This document shows, one piece after another, positions 42,948-57,572 of a DNA stretch of 64,000 nucleotides. A model generated the notes under the pieces. That model did not search any database. It was given only the letters and a program-made list of their open reading frames with translations, and had not been told where the DNA came from. The position numbers and the translations under genes were made by a program. Within the stretch, counting starts at the first letter, position 1; each line of letters begins with the position of its first letter. This DNA comes from Syncephalis fuscata S228. Taxonomy: Eukaryota > Fungi > Zoopagomycota. The stretch lies in assembly GCA_025786725.1 (NCBI GenBank), contig JAHLTZ010000006.1:682001-746000 (forward strand). The letters run 5' to 3'.

Positions 42948-45900
42948 CTACCATAGTGTATGAGTTGTTTCAAACTGCCGTTTCTCTCGTGCCTCCCAGT
43001 AACCACCGGTATATTGCCAGCAATCCTCTTTGCAGTTGGGATGTTTCTTCAGCTCGAACCATTGCGTCTGCCAGGTACGACCTTCCGCTTCCATTTGACG
43101 ACGGCGCTGTCGTTGCTCATCCTCGAGTTTAACCTTAATCACGTCGGCCTCATCAACCTGACCCTCTTCATAGGCTCGTTGATCAGGACGCAGACGTGTA
43201 TCGGTGATGGGCAACACACCAGGCACTTTGACATCTGGGGTCATTTCATTTAATTGCACTGTAAATGTAGTAAAGCCATACTGTGATTCGTGATTTGTTG
43301 GTGGTGGCTGTGCTCGCCATAGCACATTAAGTTGATTCTTTTCTCGTTCGTGGTACATAATCTCTGTCCATCGTCCATTAATGGTATGTACCTAGATATA
43401 ACCATAATAAAATAGTTAGCCATCTTATTTATTTACTTACAAATCAGTATTATTACCTTTTTGCCTTTGGCATTATAGGCCACGCCAATAACTTCATTAG
43501 TACTAGCACTAAACATGCCTCCTTCTTTAAAGTTCAATAAACAGTATTCGCCAGTTGTATGATTCTGTACGCGTACTTCGCCAGAATGTTCCAAGTACCG
43601 ATTACCAGCTAACATATTACGCATCCAAGTTGCTGGTTTGCAATATGTATATTCTTCATTCCATTTGGGCAGTGTAATATGAACTGTACCACTTGGACTC
43701 AGTTCCATTGATTTGCCTATAAATCTATTAGTATTCACATTTTTAGTCCCAAAACATAAATTAACTTACCCCAAAATTTACTCTTTAGTTTGGAATCTTG
43801 ATGGAAAATAAAGTTATCCGATTCGGCATGACACTGGTAATAGACAATTTTATTAGTCAAATCAATCAAATAGCTAATTAGTGTTACTTACAGCCATTAC
43901 AGGTGGATTATGACTAACTTTTTCAGATATAAATTTAAATCCTATTCAACAGAAATTAATACTAATAAATAATATACTAAAGCTGGTATTTACCTTTATC
44001 CTCGCGTACACATTCGTACGTCTCGCCGTGAAGTGGATTAAACGGTTTGCGTGTACTACGATACTGAGTTGAAGCATAACCGGATACAACAAACGCCGAA
44101 ACGAATAAAAGACGCTCTAATGAGTCGGTTTGTTGACTCGCTTGATCCAATAGTTCACTATACTCTAATTCTTCACATAGCTTTTGCAGTAGATTAATCG
44201 GTTCATTAAGAGCTACCGGCATAGCAATAGTCGATAAATCCTTGCCAATATTCTTCCTTAATAGCGATAAGAAACTAATCTCTGTTTCACAAGTTGGTGC
44301 TGGCAATTGGGATCGTCTTTCAAATGACACTACTTCATTACTACTATCATCAATGATCGTTGCAGTTGCACTAGCCGTATCCGATGTAGTATTGTCGCCT
44401 AATGTGGCACCAACACCACCATCAATAGGTGATTCGCTTACACTATCAGATGCTAATACATTGCCATGACTATCGGCAAATATACGTGATGCACGTTGTC
44501 GTTGCTGTTTCTGTTTAATTGTATCTCTACTCTGTTCAGAAATAGCCACACTAGAACGACGACCAACAATAGTGCCACCTGTAGTGGCAACCACACCAAC
44601 AATCGCTTCTTCAACCTGTTCAATAATGCCTTCATCGTCGTCATCGTCATTATCAATATCGCTTAATTGGAATGTAGCATTGGACGCTTCTTTATCGCCA
44701 TCGCCACTACCATCTGCCTCATCTTCTGAATCAGAGTCAGAGTCATTCGCTAGTATAATGTCTTCTGAAGCATCAAAGAAGATATCAGATGCCTTTGACG
44801 CTGTACTCATAATAGATATTCTACGAGATACTGTACTGGTCAAATAGTCAGCAGTCGATTCATTGCCATTTATAGTACTGATATTGGTTGGCATCGTTGT
44901 ATTCCAGGTAGATTCTGGATCAAATATGGTTGAGGCATTGTTATCACTGGCTGATGGTTCAAGGGCTTCTTTGCCTAATTGAGCCCGTAGCTCGTTAATC
45001 TCGGCACGGTAAGTGTTGATTTCATTTTGGGCCAGTAATCGCCATTGATATCCTTGTTGTAACAGTTCACATTGATGCCTATTTTCACGTCGAATTAAAT
45101 CAAGCGACACTTTGAGTTTGTCTAGTAGCATACTAGAAAGTACAAGTGTACCCTCAGTATCATTGGGAATGCCTGTTGTATTGGCACTGGTTGCCGTATC
45201 CCCATTACCAGCACTTTCACGTTTATCTAATCATTATATAGAATATATATTATTATTCTGTCATCTTTATTATTATACTAGTGGTAGTAGTAACTTACCT
45301 CGATTAGGTGTAAAAGAGAATCGTAATTTACCGCCTGATTTGGCCGTTTGACCTTGTTTTATCGATGTATTAGAAATTGATGGCGATGTACGATGTTGAT
45401 TAACAACATTAATACCGTTTGCTGCCCCACTGGCCACTAATGACGATTCATCCAAAGAAGCCCGTGCTGATGCTGTTAACATAACAAGAATGTTTTCCAG
45501 TTCCAAATCAATTGGAGATGTAAAGGCACCTGATTCATGTGGTGCCATGCCTGCTAATAATGCAGTTTGTTGTGACTTTAATGTAGCTACACGTAAATCA
45601 TTCGACGATATTGACGAACTTGTATGATGGTGCTGGTGATGACTAGACGATGGTCCTTCTGTTAAGTCGCCTTCTGCTGGCATATAATTGGAAAGTGACT
45701 TGTAACGCCGTAAAGCATCCACACATTGTTTAAAGTTCTCGTCGTTGATTGCTTTCATATGATAGGTGGAAGTACCCGAATCAATATGAATTGTTCGATG
45801 TTGTGGCATCACCGAAATAGTGGATAGCACAATACGAACTGATCCACGCCATGTACTATGTGGATATTTACCATAAGATAGAACACCATCTTCAATTTGT

Positions 45901-47222
45901 ACCCATCTCTTTGCCCATCCTATTAATAGATTTAATATATTTAATATATTTAATATATTTAATAGATTTAGTAACATTATTACAATTATTATATTTTGTA
46001 TTTTGTATTTACCTTGCATCATTTTACGCTTCTTTTTCAACACCCATCCTGCATAATCTAGTTTAGCCGTTGATTCTGATGGACCTATTATACATTATTA
46101 ATAACTATACACTATTTAAATGGCTAGCTATTCTATTTACCATCTTTGGCCGCCACAAAGAACGTTAAACGCTTTGTAGTATTCCACGAGAAAGAATTAT
46201 CTAATTGGCATTATCAATATGCTATTAGCTGTATATATCTACATATTAATTAACTGTAACTTACCGAAAATAAATACATACGTGCCCGGTTCTTTTACTT
46301 CATACTGGCCTTGAATTGTACGTCTTGATGATTCGCATACTTCAACAGGAAGTAACTCCTGCATACGTGGATCCTTGGGACGGAAATTAGTGCGCTGACG
46401 ACTACGCATCGTCGGTGTAGGCGGTGGTGGCGGTAAATTCGATGGACTCGTATTATTCAATGGTGCAATAACACCAGAAGCTGAAATAATCGATGCAGCC
46501 GGTGAAGCTGACTGTGGTATTGTTGGCGTGCCAGTTTGTGCCAAATGTACACTTTGTGGTGAACTGCTTAGAACAGATACTGGTGCAGTTGCGACCGCTG
46601 TGGCCGCCAACAATGGATCCATAGGCAGCATTGGAGAACCGCCTGCGGTTACAACACTCCCATCCAACACTGTACCGGCCGGTAAAGACGATCTCACCAA
46701 TCCAGCCGGATTCATCATAGCGCTATTTTGGTCGACTAGATTCGGCGAATTGGGAAAATGGTTGCCATCAGCCATTGGATAGGCACCATTACCACCACCC
46801 AGACTAGCGGCCATTGAAGAGACACTAGAACCACTACGACGGTTACGTGCTTTCATTTGAAACGTTATTGCCCCACCCGCTGTCGTTGCCGCCATTGGCT
46901 CGTCCGTCTCAGTGTTGGGCAGTGTTACAGAGACCGACCGACCCATGCGAGCTGCCGTCGGTATTAACATACGATTACCATCAGTATTCGGTGTTGCATT
47001 ACCGGACAAGTCCGACCCGCTACTTGGACTAGCCGCCACCGACGAGTCGGGTTTTAACTCGGCCTTCACTTGTGCGCCTTCAACATGGCCCGGTAGATAA
47101 TAAAGACCAAAAGCGATGTTATGCCGCTTTGTGTTAAACCACCAAAGTAGATTACGCTCTGGTCTATCTACATAGACATAGTGCGCGAATGTATCACGCG
47201 GTGGTACCTCCACTTCTTGCAT
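42948..47222 (-). CDS. OSH3: Oxysterol-binding protein, OSH3-like (GOLD-like + PH + FFAT + ORD)
   Basis: MQEVEV...WWF GOLD-like start, LKKKRKMMQGWAKRW PH domain, DIFFDASE FFAT, KPFNPLHGETYE, EKVSHNPP, TDTRLRPDQR. Confidence 0.9.
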
Positions 47223-47267
47223 GATATAGTATAGAACTAACGAGATAGAACAGAGTCACGAACCAAT

Positions 47268-47292
47268 AGATAGATAGATAGATAGATAGATA
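47268..47292. repeat. (GATA)n microsatellite
   Basis: agatagatagatagatagatagata run. Confidence 0.85.
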
Positions 47293-48084
47293 GCAACTAG
47301 ATAAAAGTGAATACTACTAAATGAATACCAATTCTGGTTGATAAATAGTAGAGTGTCTACAACTTTAGTATAGATAAGTAGACGTGAATAAGATGAAAGT
47401 GCTGTGGACAAGAAACAGAGATGGCGCGGCCGAGGCGTTTAAGTTGAGTCTCGTCGCAATGTGTGAGAGTGAGTAGGTGAGTGCTGTACTATGCACTGTT
47501 GTTACAACAACAACAATGTGTGACCGGAGAAAGTAAGTAGTACCTCAATAATAGGTCGATATAGATGTGTGGATATGCGTGGGTGTTTTAAACGACAACT
47601 TGTACAAATAAGCGGAGTTTGGCGATTTTCTTTCAATTATTTCCATTAAATGAATCTGTCTTTAAATAAATAGAATATAGATTGAATCAATGGATGCGTG
47701 TCTATGTGTATACACAATGGTTGGGGCAATAACTATCATTGTATAGAGTAATATGACAGATGATGTGCGCGTGTTCAGTCACATTATAGGTCATTTGGCA
47801 GTATCATGATGGTGATGATGATGATCATGATAAGTATGGCCTGATGTATTTGATTTAACTATTAGAAACTGTGTTAATTACCATTATACAGTTTTAACTA
47901 TGAACATGAACATGAACATAATATTTACTTAATATTTAATATTGATCTTTTGAATTCACAATTTACATTCAAACTATTGACGTTGATTCACGCGCGTGTA
48001 TATTGATGTGCTTTGTACACACACGCTATATCTATAGAAACTAAGAGATCACTATTTATACCGCATACTATATTAGTAGTAACA

Positions 48085-49576
48085 ATGGCGACCTCACATG
48101 TCGACACGCTCTATCGCTTCATTCAACAACATCCCGATGTAAGCTATCATGCGATCTGGCACGTGGCATTGATAAAGGCGCGCCTTCTACTTGCTATCGT
48201 GCCTTGTATTAAACATACGATATGGTATACAAGTACTGACTTGTATATTGATACACTTTGTAGGGAATACCCACCAAGGATGTTGATACGGCCATGGGCC
48301 AGATACCCGATATGCAACGGGTAGAAGCAATCAATTTAATGATTCGACGTGTAAGCTGTAATGTAATATGTAACATATAATATGTAACATGTAATATGAT
48401 AGGGCATGATTCAACTATTGCAACATCAAGATTCGTTTGCATATAAAGCTGTGCAACTTGATACCATGAGTAAGTAAGTAGCCATACATAAATATATATA
48501 CATATATATATATATATTATTGTTTAATAACCATCTATTTAGAATGGCCAATCTTAATGGTGACGAACGACTTGTCTATCACAAATTATGAATGCCGATA
48601 ATGAAGGTAATATATATAGATTAGATATGTATATAAATATAAATATAAGTATTCATAGCTAAATACTGATTATTAATAATATATTAAGGCATTTGGACAA
48701 AAACTATTAAAATAAGGACAAATCTACATCAACAAGTGGTGGCACGTTGTATTAAGACATTGGAACAAAAGAATTTAATTAAATCCGTAAAATCAGTTAA
48801 AGTAAGCTACTAAAAGTAACTATTAAATAAATTAACTTTGATTAGAATCCAACCCGTAAATTATATATGTTAATTGAATTAACACCATCCACTGAAGTAA
48901 CTGGTGGTCCATGGTTTACTGATCAAGAATGGATGTTGATTTTATTGAAACACTATCAAGTCAATGTTACAAGTATATCTATTCACGTGTAAGTTACATA
49001 TAATACATTATTATAGCATTTATTTATATGGAATGTAGAGCTTTCCACGTCAACCTCCTGATGCCATCTATCCAAGTAACTATTCAGGCTATCCATCAGT
49101 CCGTGAAATTGCCAAATTCATTGCCGATAGACAGATCAGTAATGTGGCACTTGGTATGGATGATATCGAGTGTCTATTGGATGTACTTGTTCTAGATGGC
49201 AAGATTGAAAAAGTGTCCTCTCATGGTATATTCTCTGAAATGTTAATGTCATCCAACGATGACCATAACAATAACAGTAATACACCGTCACTAGATCATG
49301 CAATGTCTATAGCATCATCATCATTATCTGACAATAATAATAATAGTAATAAGCCAGGACGAGTTGATTGGTCTTATAAAGCAATAAGAGATAGACAAGT
49401 CACAGGTAATCCATGGACCAATACACCTTGTGGTAAATGTCCAGTAAGTGGATTAGATAGATCATATTAATATATTAGTAATTAAAACTATTTATTAGAT
49501 TTTCTCATTTTGTACGGAAGATGGTCCCATTTCACCTAATAATTGTGATTACTACACTCGTTGGTTACAATACTAA
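48085..49576 (+). CDS. RPC34: RNA polymerase III subunit RPC34/RPC6 (two apparent 1-nt deletions near 48580 and 48930)
   Basis: GIWTKTIK, LIKSVKSVK, NPTRKLYML, EVTGGPWFTD, C-terminal PCGKCP...C...ISPNNC Fe-S motif. Confidence 0.92.
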
Positions 49577-49675
49577 CAACAAGTGTATTGATGTATCACT
49601 TTTCTCTCTCTCTCTTCTATTATAGCCTTCTTATTCTTATGCACCATAGACGTGTAATAGATGAAAGTATTCGGT

Positions 49676-52600
49676 TTAAATGAAACAGTCAAGTTCATGT
49701 CTTACATAATAGTTACGTTCATCATCATCTAGACGTGGATAATAAGCAACCAATGCATCTTGTGATCCAATGTACATGTTATTGTAAACCTTCCAATAAA
49801 TCTCTCGTACACGACGTGCTGGATGGAATAGACCCTATAGTTATTATAAGAATAAGAATAAAGCGATTATAGCAGTCAATAAGCAATTAAACTAGTTCAT
49901 ATAGATCCACTTACTTGAAGTACATATTGCATAATAGTACATGGTCCCACTGACATACGAATACCTTCAACTGCTTCCAATACAGCATTAATAACATGAG
50001 GAGATGTTTCAAATATATTAGGCCAGACATGGTTCAATAAATGAACAAGTGCATCCTCACAGCCTAAACCATAAACACCAAGGGCCAAATCTATAGAAAT
50101 ATATAGAGATATATAGTATTAGTGTTAATATATAGTATATATTATATAGTAATGAATATTACTATTCAGTACTTACGTTTAACAGTAGCACAGGCTGTTT
50201 GACGATGAACAAGATCTCGATCAATAAGTGCATCTTCAAGTAAAGGTGTAACAGCATAGACATAATCTTTACCCATTTCTCCAATATATTCAAACATAAA
50301 TGACAATGACTAATAAAATAGTTAATAGTTAATTAATTAATTAATAAATGAATAGTATTTACCTTTAATACACCATTTTGAACATTTAATTCAGGTACTC
50401 GGTATTCATTCATGAGTGCTGGTAATACGGTGAAGGGTGAACATGTTTCTGCCACAATAGCTACATATACAATATTAATACGGCTATTACTCATCTATTG
50501 CCCTGTTACTTACCAATAGCAATGGTAGTACAGATACGATTTTGACGCTCTTGTACTTTAAGATTGTTTAATAGAGTGGCCAGTACATCTTGTGGTCCAA
50601 TCGCTTTAGCAATATAACCAAATGTATTGACAGATGCACGTCGAATAGCCTTTTTATGTGCTCGTAATAGATCTAACAACTCGAAACAGACCCGCATCCA
50701 TTCACGAGCACTAACAAATTCAGCACCTCTATCGGCAATACGACCAATAATATCCTAAATAGATCATCATTAATACAGTACACGGTAGCTATTTAGCTAT
50801 TAGTGATCGTTCAACTTACCACAACGTTTTCTTGTACTCGTTCGTGTCTATTCTTAAGAATAGGCGTTAATCGCGGTAATAGATCCTTAATCGGTGGGGT
50901 CATATTCGTCATACCAATAACATTGACAATGCCTTTAAGACCGGCAATGATCGATGCCAATACTTCGGGATACTCTTCGCCCAAGTATTCATATAATACA
51001 ACACCTAAATGACTCATCAACTTCTCTTCACCACATGTCTTCATGACAATGGCAATGCGCGAGATAAGATCAGCCGCTTGTTGGCGTACTTTGGCCGATT
51101 TGTTATTAAGTCGCCAGAGAATGGTGGAACAGATCTGTGGTAGGTATGGCTTCACTCTTAGACCAAGCGCGTTCACGACAACACCAAATCCATTAAGCAT
51201 AACCACATCTTCAACGGTTTGTTCTTGGAAAGCGTATAGAATACCGTCAATAAGTACTTCCTCCAAACGTTGATCAATATCGGTGGCCCCTAGTTCAGAT
51301 ACAACTTTCTCTATGGTTTCCATGGCCATTTTACGGAATGGTTCGGATTCATCTTTTAGACCATCGACAATACGCGTAACAATATCGGCTACACCGACTT
51401 TCTGAGCCAATTCCACCGTGGTTTCAACCAATTGACGGTAATTACGTCGATCCAGGGCCATACGACGTACCCAAAAGTTCTTAAAGTACTCGGGTAGAAT
51501 CTCTTCACGTAGATAATCGGCACGTACACCATCGGTAGCCGCACATTGCTTCACCACTTTAAGAACAATCTTCTTCATTTCTTCATCTGGTGATTGAAAT
51601 TCTCGTACTAGAATCTTCATTAAATTCTGTGTATACATATTGGCATCTTCGGCATTCATCAGTGGTGTAATGAATCCAACTGCCTTTAGAAATGCGGCCA
51701 ATCCTTTGCCTCGATGTTTATGAATACCGCCCCATAATGGCTCGAGAACGGTACCAAACGATTCAATACCGTAGGGGGAGGCTGCTTCAGCTAATGCTGC
51801 TAGAGCTAAAGCAGTAATCGTGCGTACCTTTTGCTGTTCATCGGTAAGACCATGCCCAATACATTCGACTAGATTGGTTAGGTGAGGTAGAACGGAACAG
51901 CCCATAAGAATGGCAATCTGTTGAATGATCTTAATACCTGTATGACGTGCTTGCCATGACTTTTTACTCTTACAAACAGCGCGTAAGAACGGTAATAGAG
52001 CTGGAATACCTAATGCTGATGCGACGACTGAAAAGGCACGGGCTGTCGTATTACGTACATATTCATCGACATTATCGATATCTGGCCGCATAGTAGCAAT
52101 CATAGTAGCTAGACCGGCCGCTTTACTAAGATTACTGATAATCTCTCGTCCTTCAACACGAGCATAATAGTCTTCATCGATTAACATAGGCTCAATAACC
52201 ACCAGTATTTTATGGACAAATGGTCGAACAAGATCGTCAAGTTTGTACATAATACGATCGATGACCTTGACTAGTAAATGGCGTTCTTGATCCTCAAGTG
52301 ACGTCGACATTAAAAGTGGCAGAATTTGGTTAAATAAAGAACCAGCACCAAATTCACGTGCCTTATCCGTAATTTGTCGAAGTGATGTTTTACGCATGGC
52401 CGGCGTACCATTCTTAATTTTAAGTAATAGACGCATGATTTTACGCTCTTTTAATTCTTCAATCGATAAATCGGCATCTTCCCGATTATCAAGTAACTTG
52501 CCAAAGTACTGTTTATCTTCAGCTTTAAACACTGGTAATTCGCCAACACCGGGAATATCACTCATGGGTATATCTGGTCTAGGTGTCATGCCTTCTTCAA

Positions 52601-53822
52601 GCATAAGGAAGCCACCGGCATCGCCCATAGGTGTAGGTGTAGCGGTAAGTTTACGGGCTGGTGTGTGAATAGGTACATATGAGCTGGGTGGTTCTAAAAT
52701 CTTGTAACCAGTCGATGGCAGTATTGAATTCAATTCTTCATCACTCATAGGACGGTTACGATCATCCAATTCACGTTCCCATCGTAGTTGTTGGGCTAAT
52801 TCAGGCGCTACACCTGCCATAGAACCAGCAATAGGTGTGGCCATAACGTTAACACCTGATGGTGTGGCACCCAATCCACCTAATCCACCGGCATTTACCA
52901 TAGGTGTCTCATCCCATCGAGAACGTTTAGGTGTTGCGCCTACCATTTGCGGTGTAGCATCCCATCGAGAAGCGCGTGGTGTTGCTTCTACACCAAGACC
53001 AACTCGCGGTGTTTCGTCCCATCGCGACCGCTTTCGTCCTTCACCAGCATCGGCGCGTGGAGTCTCATCCCAACGACTACGGCTTTCTTTAGCTCGTCTA
53101 TTAGCGCTCATTTCCTCCTCGTCGTCCTCGTCCCATTCTGACTTCTTTTGTGCACCAACTGCCGGCATAGCTTCGGGTGCCGTGCCATTTTGTAGCGCTT
53201 CAGCTCTTTCTTGCTCTTTTGCTGCAATCTTACGACGTAATTCTTGTTCTTCCCGTTCTAGTTGAGTCTGTCGCATAACCTCGGCATACGAGCGTGATTC
53301 GCCGCCATCTGTCTCGGCTTCATTGCTTCCTTTGGCGAATGCATCCCGACGTTCCGGTGATAGTGCGCGTTGATAACGACGTCGATGATAGTCGGTCTCG
53401 CGATCACTAATCTTTGATCGGCCACTACCGGCCATAGGATCAAAGTTACTTTCCTCGGCATCTCGTTCAATCTCATCGCGGTATTCACGCGGTGCAGTAA
53501 TAGACGAGAAGCCACGTCGAGAAGAGGCGTACTTGTCGGTCATCATGACGTCAAGTTCATCGCTACGACCGCCTCCACCCACTGCGATCGAGCGATCGTA
53601 GCCTTCAAAGCGATCTCCCGAGCCATATAGATCTTGATCGTAAGAGATCTTGCCAACTAACGCGGCACGTTTGGATTCCTGCTGTTCACGCAGAATCTCT
53701 TCCCGTTGGGCTTGTTGTGCCTTGATCTGCGCCTCAATGTCAATTTGTGTGCCTTAATAGCAGTATCAGTTATACGTGTTCATAATTTACATGTTGATCT
53801 ATTGCAACTTACCGTTAGACAT
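49676..53822 (-). CDS. SF3B1: U2 snRNP splicing factor 3B subunit 1
   Basis: RWDETP repeats, [14 protein letters not shown] repeats ([42 protein letters not shown]). Confidence 0.98.
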
Positions 53823-54021
53823 GATTGATTATAAACTCAATGAAAAACTAAATGCACAGTATAGAAATTAAGATGTGAGAGAAGATAATATGGATTGTTT
53901 AAATAATAGCAAGTCTATTATTTAATTATTTGTTAATTAATCAGCTAATTAATTAAATTTTATTTATTTATCTTTTCACGCTTCCTAATAAATATACGTA
54001 ATAAATTTATAGCTTTATTAT

Positions 54022-57000
54022 TTATAAAGGAGTAACTGTTGTATTAGAAGAAGATAGCGCTACTGCTGCTCGACGTAATAGCTCAAGAAGTTCGGCCATT
54101 CGACCTGCTCTAACAAATTCTGTATAGAGACCATATTCAACATTGGCCACTAAATGGCTTAGATTCAAACTCTTTTCCATCGATCTACATGCAAATAGAT
54201 TAGCGTATATTCAATTGCTATTAATACGTATTACTTACCCAGGTAGAATCTCTTCACTTTCATAGAGAATCATAAATAGCTGAATAGTCAACTCGGTTAG
54301 ATAGAGTTCTCGTATTTTACCACATTCTTGTCGTCGTTGTTCAGCTGTAGTAATCATGATAAGCATTGATTAGTATGACATCTATTATATATATGTACAT
54401 CATTAATAGTTACCTGAAGGACTAAATGGATCCAGTTGACTTTCTTCAATATCCACGACTAGCCATTCGGTAATTAACAATTGATTGGCTAGCCTTTCCA
54501 TATCATTGACCAAAGTCTAATTAAATAATAAATAAATATAGCAATATATTAAGACCTGTACATGATATTACCTTCACTTTAACTAGTAGGTCATATTCGT
54601 TTTTACTATCGCTACTGTAACGATTAAATAGTGTTATTAATCAGTTATTATTAATACATTATTATAATTACTTACATGGCATGTGACTCTTTTGTGAATA
54701 GTGCCCATTCAGCAAACTTATCCTCAAATAAGCATAGATTGGCATAACCAGATATTTCACGTACAGCCACTGATAGTGCATCTGTTTGGTCAACCACTTC
54801 ATCAGTTGAGTGAACAGCACGTATATCACTTGGAATACTGTCCAAAAGCACTTTAACTGCATTCAATTTACCCAATACTATAATAATAACATTGTTATTA
54901 ATACGAATATAAATATTTAATACTAGTATCGCTATTATTTACCTAAAAAGCGACGGGCTAAATGACTTGCTTGAATGATGGCATCTTTAGATTGACTTGG
55001 TTCAAAGAAAAGCCATTCAAGTGCTCTTATTTGTTCTTGATCATTCTCTTCGACTGCACTATGGATTAATGTTAAGCTAACCGATCTATTACTAAACATT
55101 AAACTGGCATCCGTCTAAATTAAATAAATATTAGACTGTTGTTGTTATAATTAAATATATACTAACCGATGACTTGTAGGCTTCCAGTATCATTTGTACC
55201 ACTTGTACAGTGATGGCTTGTACATTCATATGACAATCCCGTGCCTTTTGCAAGTATTTGTATCGCTCATCCTTTGATACTTGTTCCAATGCTATTATCA
55301 TGGTTATTCTATATCTTTACTGATTATATAGATATATAGATATATTACTTACTACGTAGAAATGAGGCATAAGCATGTATTTGTAATGACTCAGGCAATA
55401 GAGCACAGTATTGTGCTACTAGATTATTCTAATATCCATATAAATAAATAAATAACAATTAATTAATACAGCTATTTATCTATTTACCTTCTTAATGGCT
55501 ATTAATAAATCTACATAGCATCGTACAATCTGATCACCAGCTGCATGATCAAATGGTAGTGCCTTTAATTGACGCATAACAATTACCCAATGTGCTGCAA
55601 ATCTTAATACGTGCTGCATACTAAATATAATAGACTAGTCAGTTGTCACTAATAGCTATATATATAATAGACACTTACTTTTCATCAAAATCATTTAATT
55701 CAGTGAAGTTGCTTGATAATGCACCAGCCAATGTATCTAGTTGATCTTGTATTACTAGTGATTGAATATAATGGAAAGGCTCCACCGAAGATGCACTATA
55801 GCAGATCCATTAATATACATATACATATACACCTTATTTCTCTTTAATTACCGAATATCTGGTTGATCTGATTTTGATAACCGATCAAATATTTCTTCAG
55901 GTGTCCATGATTTTAACATTTCTTGATATTTGCCTCGTTTTTGTGCCAAATGCTATTCAATTTAGTTATTATTTAATTGCTTGTATTTTATTCTATCTTA
56001 ATCTATTTACTTGATCCAATTCAGTCTCAATCATAGCATTATAATAGGCAAATAAATAATCTTCCCAATTTTGCGACACCATTAATAGCTATAGAAAGTT
56101 AGCTAATTAACCAACTATTAATGTTATCATTTATATAATAGTTACCGGTTCAACTTCTCCTACTAATAGCGCGTACATGGCTCGTTCATAAATATCGGCA
56201 TCCATCTAGTTAATATAAATTTATTATTTAATAACAATTAGCAATATATAATGACTGAATAGCTTACATTTTTTGATAATTGTCGACACATTGACTTCCA
56301 TAGTAAACGACGCGGATTACCTTGAGGTCCTTTTTGCCTCTTGGTTGGTGGTAACATTTCTTCATCTTGATCCCCTCTATCGACTACATCATACAAATAT
56401 GCATAAGTACAAATCTTATCAGTATAGCTTATTAGTTACCTAATGAATCATCAGAGTACATTGTACTGCCTGAAATGCTTGCTGCTCTCCAGGATTGATC
56501 TGATTTACGACAAAGATCCATAGCTTGATTAACTTGGCCGCGTCTTAAATACTCGTATAAAGTACGCATTAGATATTTATCAAATTCCTATTTTACATAT
56601 TAATACATTATATTTTACTCCATCAATTAGTAGTTACCTGATCTTCTGAGCAAGTAAACGCTTCTCACGACTAGGTGCGTCTGGATCCAAATGATGCACA
56701 ATCTTGGTTGCTTCTGGATCAGCCAGACTGCCCGTAGCTGCTACTCCATTAAATCGGCTGGTGTAGAACCAGTAACCGGCCCGTGGACCCACTGGTTGGA
56801 ATCTAGGTGCTACTTCTTGTAACCAATTTTTAACAATAACATATTCACGTAATGCAGTATGGCCACTACCCATAGTAAATAGTGGTGTAAATATTTGTAC
56901 ATCAGTAGCGAGTGTTGGGTCAGATGGATTCATTGGCATATCAGTGTTATTATTTGCCAATTCTTTTTTATGACAAATACGTTCTCTATAAATACACATA

Positions 57001-57572
57001 TTGATTAATTGTTATTTTTAATTTTAATTAACTTACTGATACATAGCAAATAATAAACGCCATGTACTCCATTCTCGCTCCCAGTTAGTCAGTGTTGTAT
57101 CGGTGTCTGTATTATTTTGATAACGCGTATTATTCTGCTGATCGCGTAATTCTTCCAAACTAACATATTTTTAACAACTACTTCGCTAGACTTTTCTATA
57201 ATTAACTTACTGACTCATCGATATCGCGCTAAATTGCTCTAATAAATAGAGTGCTGCTTCAACAGCTCTGCTATTACCTTCACCATCGTTATATTCCATA
57301 GTCTCTTCCTCTCTCTCCTCCTCCTCCTCCTCCGCTCCATGGTTAGCTGTAGTAAGTTGTGCACTATCTGCTTTGGACAGCCAGTAGGCAAATTCTGCAT
57401 AAGGATCGCCGCTACGGCTATCGTCATTGCCAGCTCCTCTTCCTAGTACGCCTAGGCCGCCATTGATACCATTATTACCGGCCGCGATGCTACCTGAAAT
57501 AAATGCAGCCAAATCACTACGCGTAACACGTCTCGGCAGGTTGATCTCATTCAACAGCGATGGAGACGACAT
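54022..57572 (-). CDS. NUP107: Nucleoporin Nup107/Nup84 (many exons)
   Basis: REWSTWRLL, VKNWLQE, HLDPDAPSRE, YEYLRRGQ, QSWRAAS, RLLWKSMC, ERAMYALL, WEDYLFAY, LRFAAH. Confidence 0.85.

Noticed and set aside
48575-48935. RPC34 pseudogene
   Set aside because: Two 1-nt deletions at short homopolymers in an otherwise conserved essential gene are consistent with sequencing error.
49676-53822. SF3B1 as a dedicated partner of the micro-exon gene
   Set aside because: It looks like the ordinary housekeeping copy. Residues equivalent to the human hotspots (YVRNTT, HTGIK, EQQKVR, HRGKG) are conserved, and proximity alone is not evidence in a eukaryote.
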